Shown one piece after another: positions 1 to 7,348 of a DNA stretch of 16,306 nucleotides. A model generated the notes under the pieces. That model made no database searches, was not told the DNA's origin, and worked only from the letters and a program-made list of their open reading frames with translations. Numbering within the stretch: the stretch's first letter is position 1; every line of letters starts with the position of its first letter. Both the position numbers and the translations under genes were made by a program. The stretch comes from Fidelibacterota bacterium (GTDB lineage Bacteria > Fidelibacterota > Fidelibacteria > Fidelibacterales > Fidelibacteraceae): positions 1-16,306 of the forward strand of contig JAYEOX010000073.1 in assembly GCA_034723415.1 (NCBI GenBank), in the 5' to 3' direction.

Positions 1-53
1 ACAAAAATAGTAAATAACTTATGATAAATATAAAAACAAATTCTATTCTTATT

Positions 54-158
54 CTTTGCGACTTTGCAACTTTGCGAGACACATTCTTAACAACAAAACA
101 CCTTGGCGTCTTGGCGACTTTGCGAGAGATTTCTTTATCATATTTAGCGACTTTGCGA
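54..158 (+). repeat. Upstream array of 8-bp CTT(T/G)GCG(A/T) triplets in a 48-bp unit, flanking the GxxExxY gene
   Basis: ctttgcga-ctttgcaa-ctttgcga-ga (54-79), 22-bp linker cacattcttaacaacaaaacac (80-101), cttggcgt-cttggcga-ctttgcga-ga (102-127), then a different linker and a degenerate pair tttagcga-ctttgcga (143-158). Confidence 0.93.
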
Positions 159-184
159 GCGATTTTTAAATAAAAGGATAAATT

Positions 185-562
185 ATGACAGAAAATGAAA
201 TTGCTAAAATAATTGTTGATATTGCATACAAAATACATATTAATACTGGTCCCGGGATTTATGAATCTGTATATGAGTCAATATTAGTTTATGAATTAAA
301 AAAACGAAATATTAAATTTGAAAGACAAAAGAAAATTCCTGTTATTTGGGATAACACAAATATGGATGTAGCTTTCAGAGCCGATTTAATTATTGAAAAT
401 AAAGTAATCATTGAAATAAAATCTGTTGAAAAAATATTACCTGTTCATCATAAGCAATTATTAACATATTTAAAAATAACAAAATTAAAACTTGGATTAT
501 TGATAAATTTTAACGAAAAATTAATTAAAGATGGAATAACAAGAATAGTAAATAATCTATGA
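185..562 (+). CDS. GxxExxY protein (PD-(D/E)XK nuclease-like family), 125 aa
   Basis: GPGIYESVY carries the GxxExxY signature; FRADLIIENKVIIEIKS gives the D...EIK core; QLLTYL...GLLINF is the typical C-terminal motif; SD-like AAGGA at 174-178. Confidence 0.95.
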   Translation: MTENEIAKIIVDIAYKIHINTGPGIYESVYESILVYELKKRNIKFERQKKIPVIWDNTNMDVAFRADLIIENKVIIEIKSVEKILPVHHKQLLTYLKITKLKLGLLINFNEKLIKDGITRIVNNL

Positions 563-579
563 AAAGTAAAATTAAAACA

Positions 580-741
580 CTTCGCGTCTTGGCGAGAAAT
601 ATTCTTAACAACAAAACACCTTGGCGACTTTGCGACTTGGCGAGAAATATTCTTAACAACAAAACACCTTGGCGACTTTGCGACTTGGCGAGAAATATTC
701 TTAACAACAAAACACCTTGGCGACTTTGCGACTTGGCGAGA
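580..741 (+). repeat. Downstream 48-bp tandem repeat array (about 3.2 perfect copies)
   Basis: Exact 48-bp periodicity over 588-741; unit = cttggcga-ctttgcga-cttggcga-ga + aatattcttaacaacaaaacac; degenerate octamer cttcgcgt at 580-587. Same orientation as the 54-158 array. Confidence 0.97.
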
Positions 742-767
742 GATTTTTAAGTAAAAAGGTAACGAAT

Positions 768-3554
768 ATGAGACAAAAATTATTGAGAAAATTAGGACAA
801 TTAGTTTCAGAGAAGACCTGGTTGATGTTTGGAATAATTATAATGATAACTTTGGTTTTGGGATTTCTATCTTCAAAATTAGAGATGTCGATGAATATGA
901 CGAATATATTACCACAAGACGACCCGATGGTTAAGGAATTTAATTATATTTTTAACGAATTCAATGGTGCCTCTAATGTCTTTATCGTGGTTGAAGGTGG
1001 ATATGATAAAATGATAAAATTTGCTGAAAATATTTCTCCACAAATAACAAATTTGGGAAATTGGATAGAAGAAAATGATGACGGGAAAATTTTAAAAGAA
1101 CATAATACTGCAAAAGAGAAAGCTCAAGCAGGAAAAATTGAATCAATTGATAGTTATTTTTCTAGAGTGGATTATAAACAACCGATTGATTTTATTGAGA
1201 ATCATGGACTGATGTTAATCAAGCCGTCAAAATTAAAAAACATTCAAGAGATTTTTTCTAATCCAAATCTATTGCCATTTTTAACTAACTTCAATAATAG
1301 TTTAGAAAAGGAATATATTCAGTCGGAAGAAAAGTTATCTACAATGCAGAAACAGAGATCGGCAGTACAGTTTTTAGATGGAATAGAAAGTTTTGTTGAC
1401 TATTCAGAAAAAGCATTTTATTCAGATGAATATAAAAATTCTCTCGGAACAGATGCAGCAAAGTCAATGGCAATTGGAAATCCTTATATGGCTTCTCCGG
1501 ACAGATCTATGTTGTTAATTATGGCCACTCCAAATTTTAATATTATGCAAATGGATTATCTAATGCCGGCAGTAAACGGATTAGAAAAATTTGTAAAGAC
1601 AGAAGCAGAAAATTATGATGTTCAAGTTGGTCTTGCCGGTGCACTTCCGCTTGGTCGTGATGAAATGGCTGCAGCAACTGAAGATTCAATGTTGTTGACA
1701 ATGTTAGCATTAGGAATTGTTTTGATTTTATTTATAGTAACTTTTAGAATGGTAAGTTCACCATTTTTTGCATTGATAAATTTGATAATTGGGGTTGTCT
1801 GGGCGATGGGTGTTTCGTGGTTTCTCGTTGATTCTTTAAATATGATGACTGTAATGATGGCGGTGATTTTAATTGGATTAGGAATAGATTTCTCAATACA
1901 CATTATTTCTGTTTATACGGAACTTACAAATAAAGGAATACAGCCGAAAAATGCAATTATTGAGACATTAGAAAAAGTTGGGGCCGGAATTATCACTGGT
2001 GGATTTACAACTGCGGCTGCATTTTTAACTTTAACCATTGCAAGAAGTGCCGGTATGAAAGAATTCGGATTAGTGAATGGGATTGGACTTATTGTGATTA
2101 TGATTTCTACACTTATCACCTTGCCGACAATTCTGATGTTACGAGAAAAATTTCGTTCAAAAATTAATGTAACCCAAAAGAAAAGTAGAGATATTTCTTA
2201 TGCTGTTGTTGGGAATATTTCAAATTCATTTTTCAAAAGATGGAAAGTTTCATTGATAGTTTTGTTAATTGTTACGATTGGGTTTGGATATATGATAACA
2301 AAAGTGACAATGGATTACAACTATTTGAATATGGAACCCGCAGGTTTGGAATCAATAAAACTCAACGAAAAAATTATTGATAAATTCAATATGTCATCTG
2401 ATATGACAATGATGACAGCAAAATCATTAGAGAAAAATTATCAATATACAAAAGAGGCAAAAGAGAAATCCAGTATTAGTTTTGTTGAATCTATTTCTGA
2501 TTATTTACCAATGAAATCAGAGCAGAAAAAAAGAATGCCAAAACTGCAAATGATCCAAAATACAATGAGAAATAAATCAATAAACTCAACAATAAATGGG
2601 AATGATTGGAAAGCAATAAAGTCAGAACTATTCCGACTTGAAGCAAATGTTATTGAGATGCAGGATATGGCTTTTATGGGCGGACAAGATATGGTTGATG
2701 AAAAAGCTACAAGATTAGTTGGAATTCGTGAAAAGCCAACGAGCGGTAATCTAACGGCTTTTTTGTCTCGTTTGAAATCTAATGAAATTGATTTAAATAG
2801 AGCATCACTTTTCAATATTGACTTTGCTAAAAAATTTAAATCATTGGTAATGAATATGTCGAATTCATCACAGATAAAAATAGAAGATTTACCGCAAATT
2901 GTAAAAGATAAATATATAAGCGAAGACGGGGACAGATATTTAATGACGGTCTATCCAAAAGGGGATGTGTGGAATATTGAGCATCTTGAAGTTTTCACAA
3001 AAGATATTTTTGATATCACTCGAAGTGTAGCTGGAACGCCACCAATGTTTTATTATTTAATGGAAATTTTGGGAAAAGATGGTAGAAGAGCATCATTATT
3101 AACAATTGCAGTTGTATTTTTATTCCTATGGTTTGATTTTAAATCATTTAAAAAAGCGCTTATCGCAATGGTTCCGCTGTTCGTAGGTGTAATTTGGATG
3201 ATTGGAACAATGGGAATATTTGGAATACAAATTACTCTATTGAATATTATGGCAATTCCACTAATAATTGGAATAGGAATAGACGATGGTGTACATATAC
3301 TTCATCGCTATAAGATTGAAGGAGAAAATAATACTCGTAAAGTTTACAGCTCAACCGGTAAAGCAATAATAATAACTTCATTGACTACGATGCTATCATT
3401 TGGTTCATTAGTTTTTGCTACTTATCGTGGATTTGGCAGTATGGGACTCGCATTATTTATTGGTGTTGGAATGTGTTTGCTTGCTTCGATTTTGGTTCTG
3501 CCGGCGATTTTGGGAATTAATTTTAGCAACGAACAAAAACGAACAAAGAATTAA
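768..3554 (+). CDS. MMPL/RND-superfamily transporter (HpnN/MMPL-like), 928 aa
   Basis: Two repeated halves, each one TM helix + large soluble domain + TM cluster; GLGIDFSIH and GIGIDDGVH motifs. Start moved from the track's TTG 717 (inside the repeat) to ATG 768, preceded by AAGG at 756-759. Confidence 0.92.
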   Translation: MRQKLLRKLGQLVSEKTWLMFGIIIMITLVLGFLSSKLEMSMNMTNILPQDDPMVKEFNYIFNEFNGASNVFIVVEGGYDKMIKFAENISPQITNLGNWIEENDDGKILKEHNTAKEKAQAGKIESIDSYFSRVDYKQPIDFIENHGLMLIKPSKLKNIQEIFSNPNLLPFLTNFNNSLEKEYIQSEEKLSTMQKQRSAVQFLDGIESFVDYSEKAFYSDEYKNSLGTDAAKSMAIGNPYMASPDRSMLLIMATPNFNIMQMDYLMPAVNGLEKFVKTEAENYDVQVGLAGALPLGRDEMAAATEDSMLLTMLALGIVLILFIVTFRMVSSPFFALINLIIGVVWAMGVSWFLVDSLNMMTVMMAVILIGLGIDFSIHIISVYTELTNKGIQPKNAIIETLEKVGAGIITGGFTTAAAFLTLTIARSAGMKEFGLVNGIGLIVIMISTLITLPTILMLREKFRSKINVTQKKSRDISYAVVGNISNSFFKRWKVSLIVLLIVTIGFGYMITKVTMDYNYLNMEPAGLESIKLNEKIIDKFNMSSDMTMMTAKSLEKNYQYTKEAKEKSSISFVESISDYLPMKSEQKKRMPKLQMIQNTMRNKSINSTINGNDWKAIKSELFRLEANVIEMQDMAFMGGQDMVDEKATRLVGIREKPTSGNLTAFLSRLKSNEIDLNRASLFNIDFAKKFKSLVMNMSNSSQIKIEDLPQIVKDKYISEDGDRYLMTVYPKGDVWNIEHLEVFTKDIFDITRSVAGTPPMFYYLMEILGKDGRRASLLTIAVVFLFLWFDFKSFKKALIAMVPLFVGVIWMIGTMGIFGIQITLLNIMAIPLIIGIGIDDGVHILHRYKIEGENNTRKVYSSTGKAIIITSLTTMLSFGSLVFATYRGFGSMGLALFIGVGMCLLASILVLPAILGINFSNEQKRTKN

Positions 3555-3588
3555 TTTTAGCAACTAACAAAAACTAACAAAAACTAAC
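3514..3588 (+). repeat. 34-bp tandem duplication with 10-bp internal subrepeats, overlapping the MMPL stop codon
   Basis: gaattaattttagcaacgaacaaaaacgaacaaa (3514-3547) vs gaattaattttagcaactaacaaaaactaacaaa (3548-3581), 32/34 identical; aac(g/t)aacaaa subunit continues to about 3588. Confidence 0.9.
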
Positions 3589-3660
3589 TAAGTGTTTATA
3601 TAGATGATGAAATATTGTTATGAAAAGGTACAAAAATTCAGTTTGAAAAATTCACAATTT

Positions 3661-3724
3661 AACCACTCAACCACTAAACAAAAATTTCAAGTTTTTCGTG
3701 CTATTTCGTGTATTTAGTGGCTAA
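3661..3724. repeat. Short-period repeats: 8-bp pair and a TTT(C/A)GTG triplet
   Basis: aaccactc-aaccacta-aac (3661-3679); tttcgtg (3694), tttcgtg (3704), tttagtg (3713) ending in gctaa (3720-3724). Confidence 0.7.
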
Positions 3725-3747
3725 GTAAAATTAAATAAAGGAATAAA

Positions 3748-3996
3748 ATGAAACTAAAAAAATACTTCACATTAAAACATTTAATATTTGTAATAATCGG
3801 TGGAATTTTAGGATATATTTATTATCATTTTTGGGGATGTGTAAATCAAACTTGTCCAATCACTTCAAATCCATATTTAACAATTTTATATGGAATGATT
3901 TTTGGATATTTATTGACACCAAGTAAGAAGAAATCTGGAGATAAAAGTAAATCCAGTAAAATATTGTCTTCGGAATCTCATAAGTCAGAAAAGTGA
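3748..3996 (+). CDS. Small two-TM membrane protein, DUF6132-like
   Basis: GGILGYIYYHFWGCVNQTCPITSNPY..LYGMIFG matches the pattern I recognise for DUF6132 (GC-x4-CPITSNP); AAGGA SD at 3738-3742. Confidence 0.82.
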   Translation: MKLKKYFTLKHLIFVIIGGILGYIYYHFWGCVNQTCPITSNPYLTILYGMIFGYLLTPSKKKSGDKSKSSKILSSESHKSEK

Positions 3997-4005
3997 AAAA
4001 ATTAC

Positions 4006-4048
4006 AAAATATTTTTATATTATCTTTTTATATAAATAAAAATATTTT
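4006..4048. promoter_or_regulatory. AT-only inverted repeat in intergenic region (possible operator or weak hairpin)
   Basis: aaaatatttttat (4006-4018) and ataaaaatatttt (4036-4048) are perfect 13-bp inverted arms with a 17-nt spacer; low complexity makes chance occurrence plausible. Confidence 0.25.
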
Positions 4049-4122
4049 ATATTTTCTATTATGAAAGAATTGGGATTTTTAGTAATATTAACAATGAATA
4101 ATAATGTTTATATTTAAGTGAA

Positions 4123-5112
4123 TTGATGTTTAAAAATATCCCATTTTATAAAAATAAGACAAGAAGAAAGAAAATTGGAGTTGCTCTCGGAAGTGGTTCT
4201 TCAAGAGGATGGGCTCATATTGGTGTTTTGGATGCATTAGATAAAAATGGTATTAAAGTTGATTATATAGCCGGAACGAGTATTGGTTCTTTTGTTGGAG
4301 CAATCTATGCCGCAGGCGAATTGAAAAGCTTAAAAGATTTTGCTTCAAAAATGAAATGGAAAGATGTGCTTAATAATCTTGATTTTACATTCCCGCGATA
4401 TGGATTTCTAACTACTGAAAAAGTATCTCATATGATAAATATGCACATGAATATTAAAAAGTTTGACGAATTGAATATTCCTCTAAAAGTTGTAGCAACT
4501 AATTTATTAACTGGAGAGCAAGTGATTTTTGATTCTGGTAATATTGTTGATGCGGTTTCTGCCAGTGGTTCTGTACCGGGAATTGTTATTCCCTATGTTA
4601 GAAATAAAGAAATATTAGTTGACGGTGGTTTAGTGAATCCTGTACCTGTTGATATTGTGAAGGAAATGGGAGCTGATATTGTTATTGCCATTGATTTGAG
4701 TAAAGGAATAATCGATCACAAATTTAAAAAACAGAAAAAACGATCTAAAGAAAATATCGATCAAAAATTATATTCCGAAATATATTTTAAAAACATCAAA
4801 AATCCAATCGTTAAAAAATTAACGAAAAAATTGACCAAAGCAGAGAAAGTTGTCTTTGAAAAAGTTGGCTCATGGAAAAAAACCAAAATTGGCTTGCCTA
4901 ATATTTTTGAAACATTTTCTACTTCAATAGATATTATGGAAACTCAAATTGCAAAGGCGAATTTCCAGATTTCTAAACCCGATGTAATAATCCGTCCGAA
5001 ACTTGCCGATTTGAAATTTTTTGATTTTAATCTTGGTAAAAAAGCGATTGATGAGGGATATAAACGAACAATGGAAAAAATGGAACAAATAAAATCATTA
5101 ATAGATCAATGA
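4123..5112 (+). CDS. Patatin-like phospholipase (RssA/NTE family)
   Basis: GSGSSRG oxyanion loop, GTSIG nucleophile motif, LVDGG catalytic Asp. Start may be TTG 4123 or ATG 4126. Confidence 0.94.
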   Translation: MMFKNIPFYKNKTRRKKIGVALGSGSSRGWAHIGVLDALDKNGIKVDYIAGTSIGSFVGAIYAAGELKSLKDFASKMKWKDVLNNLDFTFPRYGFLTTEKVSHMINMHMNIKKFDELNIPLKVVATNLLTGEQVIFDSGNIVDAVSASGSVPGIVIPYVRNKEILVDGGLVNPVPVDIVKEMGADIVIAIDLSKGIIDHKFKKQKKRSKENIDQKLYSEIYFKNIKNPIVKKLTKKLTKAEKVVFEKVGSWKKTKIGLPNIFETFSTSIDIMETQIAKANFQISKPDVIIRPKLADLKFFDFNLGKKAIDEGYKRTMEKMEQIKSLIDQ

Positions 5113-6191
5113 AAAATAAATCCAAAAATAAGGTTTTTCAAATTATTAGTAAACGGATATTTTTTATATCTTTTATTCTTACTTTCCAATTATTTTCACA
5201 AAACGAATTTAATGAAATAGGCATTATTCACAAAGGAGACGGTGGAATAGTGTCTCCGGGAATAATGAATATAAATAAAGGTATTATTGAAAATATTTCT
5301 CAGTATAATGATTCATTAGATCAAGAACAAATCTACGATCATCATATTACTCCAACATTTTTTGATCTAAATATTTATGATAGTAGTAGAGTTATTCACT
5401 ACGATTCTTTGTTGGTACGAAATGGAATTGTATATTATTTATTAAAGGCGGAAAACAGAATATATTTTCACAAAGTTGCACCGTTTTCAGAAAATAAATT
5501 GTTAGGATATTTTTATGAAAATAATGAATTAACTTCGGGTGGATTCCATAATTTATACCATAAATTTGAAGATGATCTTGCCTTTTCAAAATATTATTTA
5601 GATAAACAAAATTTGAATAAATTGCCACATAACGAACAATTATCAGCTGATAATTTCAAAAAATTATTAAAAGGTAAATATTCTTTATGGTTGCATAATT
5701 TCACAAAAAAGCAGTTTACATTATTCTCAAAATTACTCAAAAAATACGAGATAGAAATTGTATATTTACCAAAAAATATTGATTGGAAAATAACAACACT
5801 TGATAATGCAACTGTTATTGTTGATTTGCCAAGTATTTTTCAAATTGAGGAAAATGTGAATTTAATAAACGATTTTGAAAGTTACTTTGGCTTAAATTCA
5901 AATTTATATTATAAAATATTTGAAAAAGAAAAATTGTTTAACAATGATTTTTTTAAAAATAATCCAATCTTAGAAATATTAACTGACGAAGAATTTATTC
6001 AGTATTGTGCTATTTTTCCGTCTCAATTTTTTGGGTTAGATGATAGAATAGGAATTTTAAGAAAATCTTTTTCTGCTAATTATGTTGTGTTTACTGCTGA
6101 ACCATTTACTGAAGACTCTTTTGTCAAAAAAGTATATATTGATGGAATTGAAATATATTCTAACAAAGATACAACGACTCAATCAAATTAG
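5109..6191 (+). CDS. Secreted hypothetical protein with degenerate amidohydrolase-like ends
   Basis: ATGA overlap with patatin gene; N-terminal hydrophobic signal; C-terminal PSQFFGLDDRIGILRKSFSANYVVFTAEPF...VKKVYIDG resembles the amidohydrolase composite-domain motif; HITPTFFDLNIY resembles xxPGFIDxHxH without the histidines. Confidence 0.6.
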   Translation: MKNKSKNKVFQIISKRIFFISFILTFQLFSQNEFNEIGIIHKGDGGIVSPGIMNINKGIIENISQYNDSLDQEQIYDHHITPTFFDLNIYDSSRVIHYDSLLVRNGIVYYLLKAENRIYFHKVAPFSENKLLGYFYENNELTSGGFHNLYHKFEDDLAFSKYYLDKQNLNKLPHNEQLSADNFKKLLKGKYSLWLHNFTKKQFTLFSKLLKKYEIEIVYLPKNIDWKITTLDNATVIVDLPSIFQIEENVNLINDFESYFGLNSNLYYKIFEKEKLFNNDFFKNNPILEILTDEEFIQYCAIFPSQFFGLDDRIGILRKSFSANYVVFTAEPFTEDSFVKKVYIDGIEIYSNKDTTTQSN

Positions 6192-6197
6192 AAACTT

Positions 6198-6755
6198 TTA
6201 CTTTTCTTTGTTAACCATTTTTATCTTATTTTTAAAATTGGGCTTTGGGTCTTTATTCGTTACCGATGAGTCGGAATCATCATTTTGGTTTTTAGCATAT
6301 TGAGGTTTCTTTTGCAAGTTATTTATTTTATTGTTCGTTGGTTGTGATAGTTGCGTTGGATTTAACATATTTTTCTGAATTTCAGAGGTTGAGATTTTTT
6401 GATTGGGCATATTTGGGGAAACGGAATTATAAATATAATAAACACCGAATAATAAAATAATTACAGCAACAGCAGTTGATAATGGTTGAGAATATTTATA
6501 CACAAATTGTTTGAAAATAAACTTTTTCTTTGATTTGTGATACTCAATCTTTTCCATTAATTTTTCATTAAAATTTGCTGATGTCTTTAATTTTGGCAAG
6601 CTGTGAAGTGATTCGAGAATTTGCTCCATGTCATTTAATTTTGCTCGACAATTTGGACATTCGTTTAAATGTTTTTCCGCTTCAATTTTCATTGAATGCG
6701 AAATACTATTATCTAAATAATCTGATATTATGTTCTCAAAGCTATAACATTTCAT
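6198..6755 (-). CDS. Zinc-finger (zf-HC2/ZAS) membrane-anchored anti-sigma factor
   Basis: MKC...ISDYLD...HLNECPNC (HxxxCxxC), one TM helix, immediately downstream of an ECF sigma gene. Confidence 0.9.
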   Translation of the reverse strand: MKCYSFENIISDYLDNSISHSMKIEAEKHLNECPNCRAKLNDMEQILESLHSLPKLKTSANFNEKLMEKIEYHKSKKKFIFKQFVYKYSQPLSTAVAVIILLFGVYYIYNSVSPNMPNQKISTSEIQKNMLNPTQLSQPTNNKINNLQKKPQYAKNQNDDSDSSVTNKDPKPNFKNKIKMVNKEK

Positions 6756-6772
6756 CTTATAAGCACTTCTCC

Positions 6773-7348
6773 CTATTTACTTAAATTTTTCAATATTTTT
6801 TGCAATTTCAATCTACCTCGATTTATTCGGCTTTTTACTGTTCCAATTGATACATCAACTATGTTACTCACTTCTTCATAAGAAAGTTCCTGAATATCTC
6901 TTAAAATTAATGTGCTCTTAAATGGTTCCTCCAATTGATGTACGGCTTTTAAAATATATTTCATTTGATGTTTTGAGCTAATGCTTTTTTCAGGCACATT
7001 TGACTCGGAAGGAATTTCATAATCCTTGTCATCAAAACCCATATCGCTTATTGAAAATATTTTCCTTCGTTTTCGTTTTCGTAATTCTGTTTTAGCAAGA
7101 TTTGCGGCTATTGTAAATATCCAAGTGCTGAATTTTGCAATTTCTTTATACATATCTGCGCTGGTATATAATTTCAAAAAAGTATCTTGTACAATATCTT
7201 CTGCGGATTCTTTCGAATGAACATAGCCAAAAACAAAATTTAATAGTCGGTCTTTGAATCTATTTACTAATTCTAAATAGGCGCGTTCATTTCCCTTTTG
7301 AAATTGGAGAATTAATTCTTCATCAGTATATTTTTTATTATTATTCAA
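6773..7348 (-). CDS. ECF RNA polymerase sigma-70 factor (RpoE-like)
   Basis: TDEELI, AEDIVQDTF, KFSTWIFTIAAN (region 2), LSYEEVSNIVDVSIGTVKSRINRGR (region 4). TTG start overlaps the holA 3' end by 8 bp. Confidence 0.96.
   Translation of the reverse strand: MNNNKKYTDEELILQFQKGNERAYLELVNRFKDRLLNFVFGYVHSKESAEDIVQDTFLKLYTSADMYKEIAKFSTWIFTIAANLAKTELRKRKRRKIFSISDMGFDDKDYEIPSESNVPEKSISSKHQMKYILKAVHQLEEPFKSTLILRDIQELSYEEVSNIVDVSIGTVKSRINRGRLKLQKILKNLSK

Noticed and set aside
525..710. 61-aa minus-strand ORF with 16-aa repeats
   Set aside because: Antisense translation of the 48-bp tandem repeat; no independent coding evidence.
580..741. CRISPR array (26-bp repeat + 22-bp spacer appearance)
   Set aside because: The would-be spacers are identical, the repeat is itself three octamers with no palindrome, and no cas genes are in the window.
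717..767. N-terminal extension of the MMPL ORF from TTG 717
   Set aside because: Lies inside the repeat; ATG 768 has an SD-like motif and gives a normal N-terminus.
1622..2815. Minus-strand ORFs 1622-1903, 1913-2119, 2501-2815
   Set aside because: Antisense shadows of the MMPL gene with no recognisable motifs.
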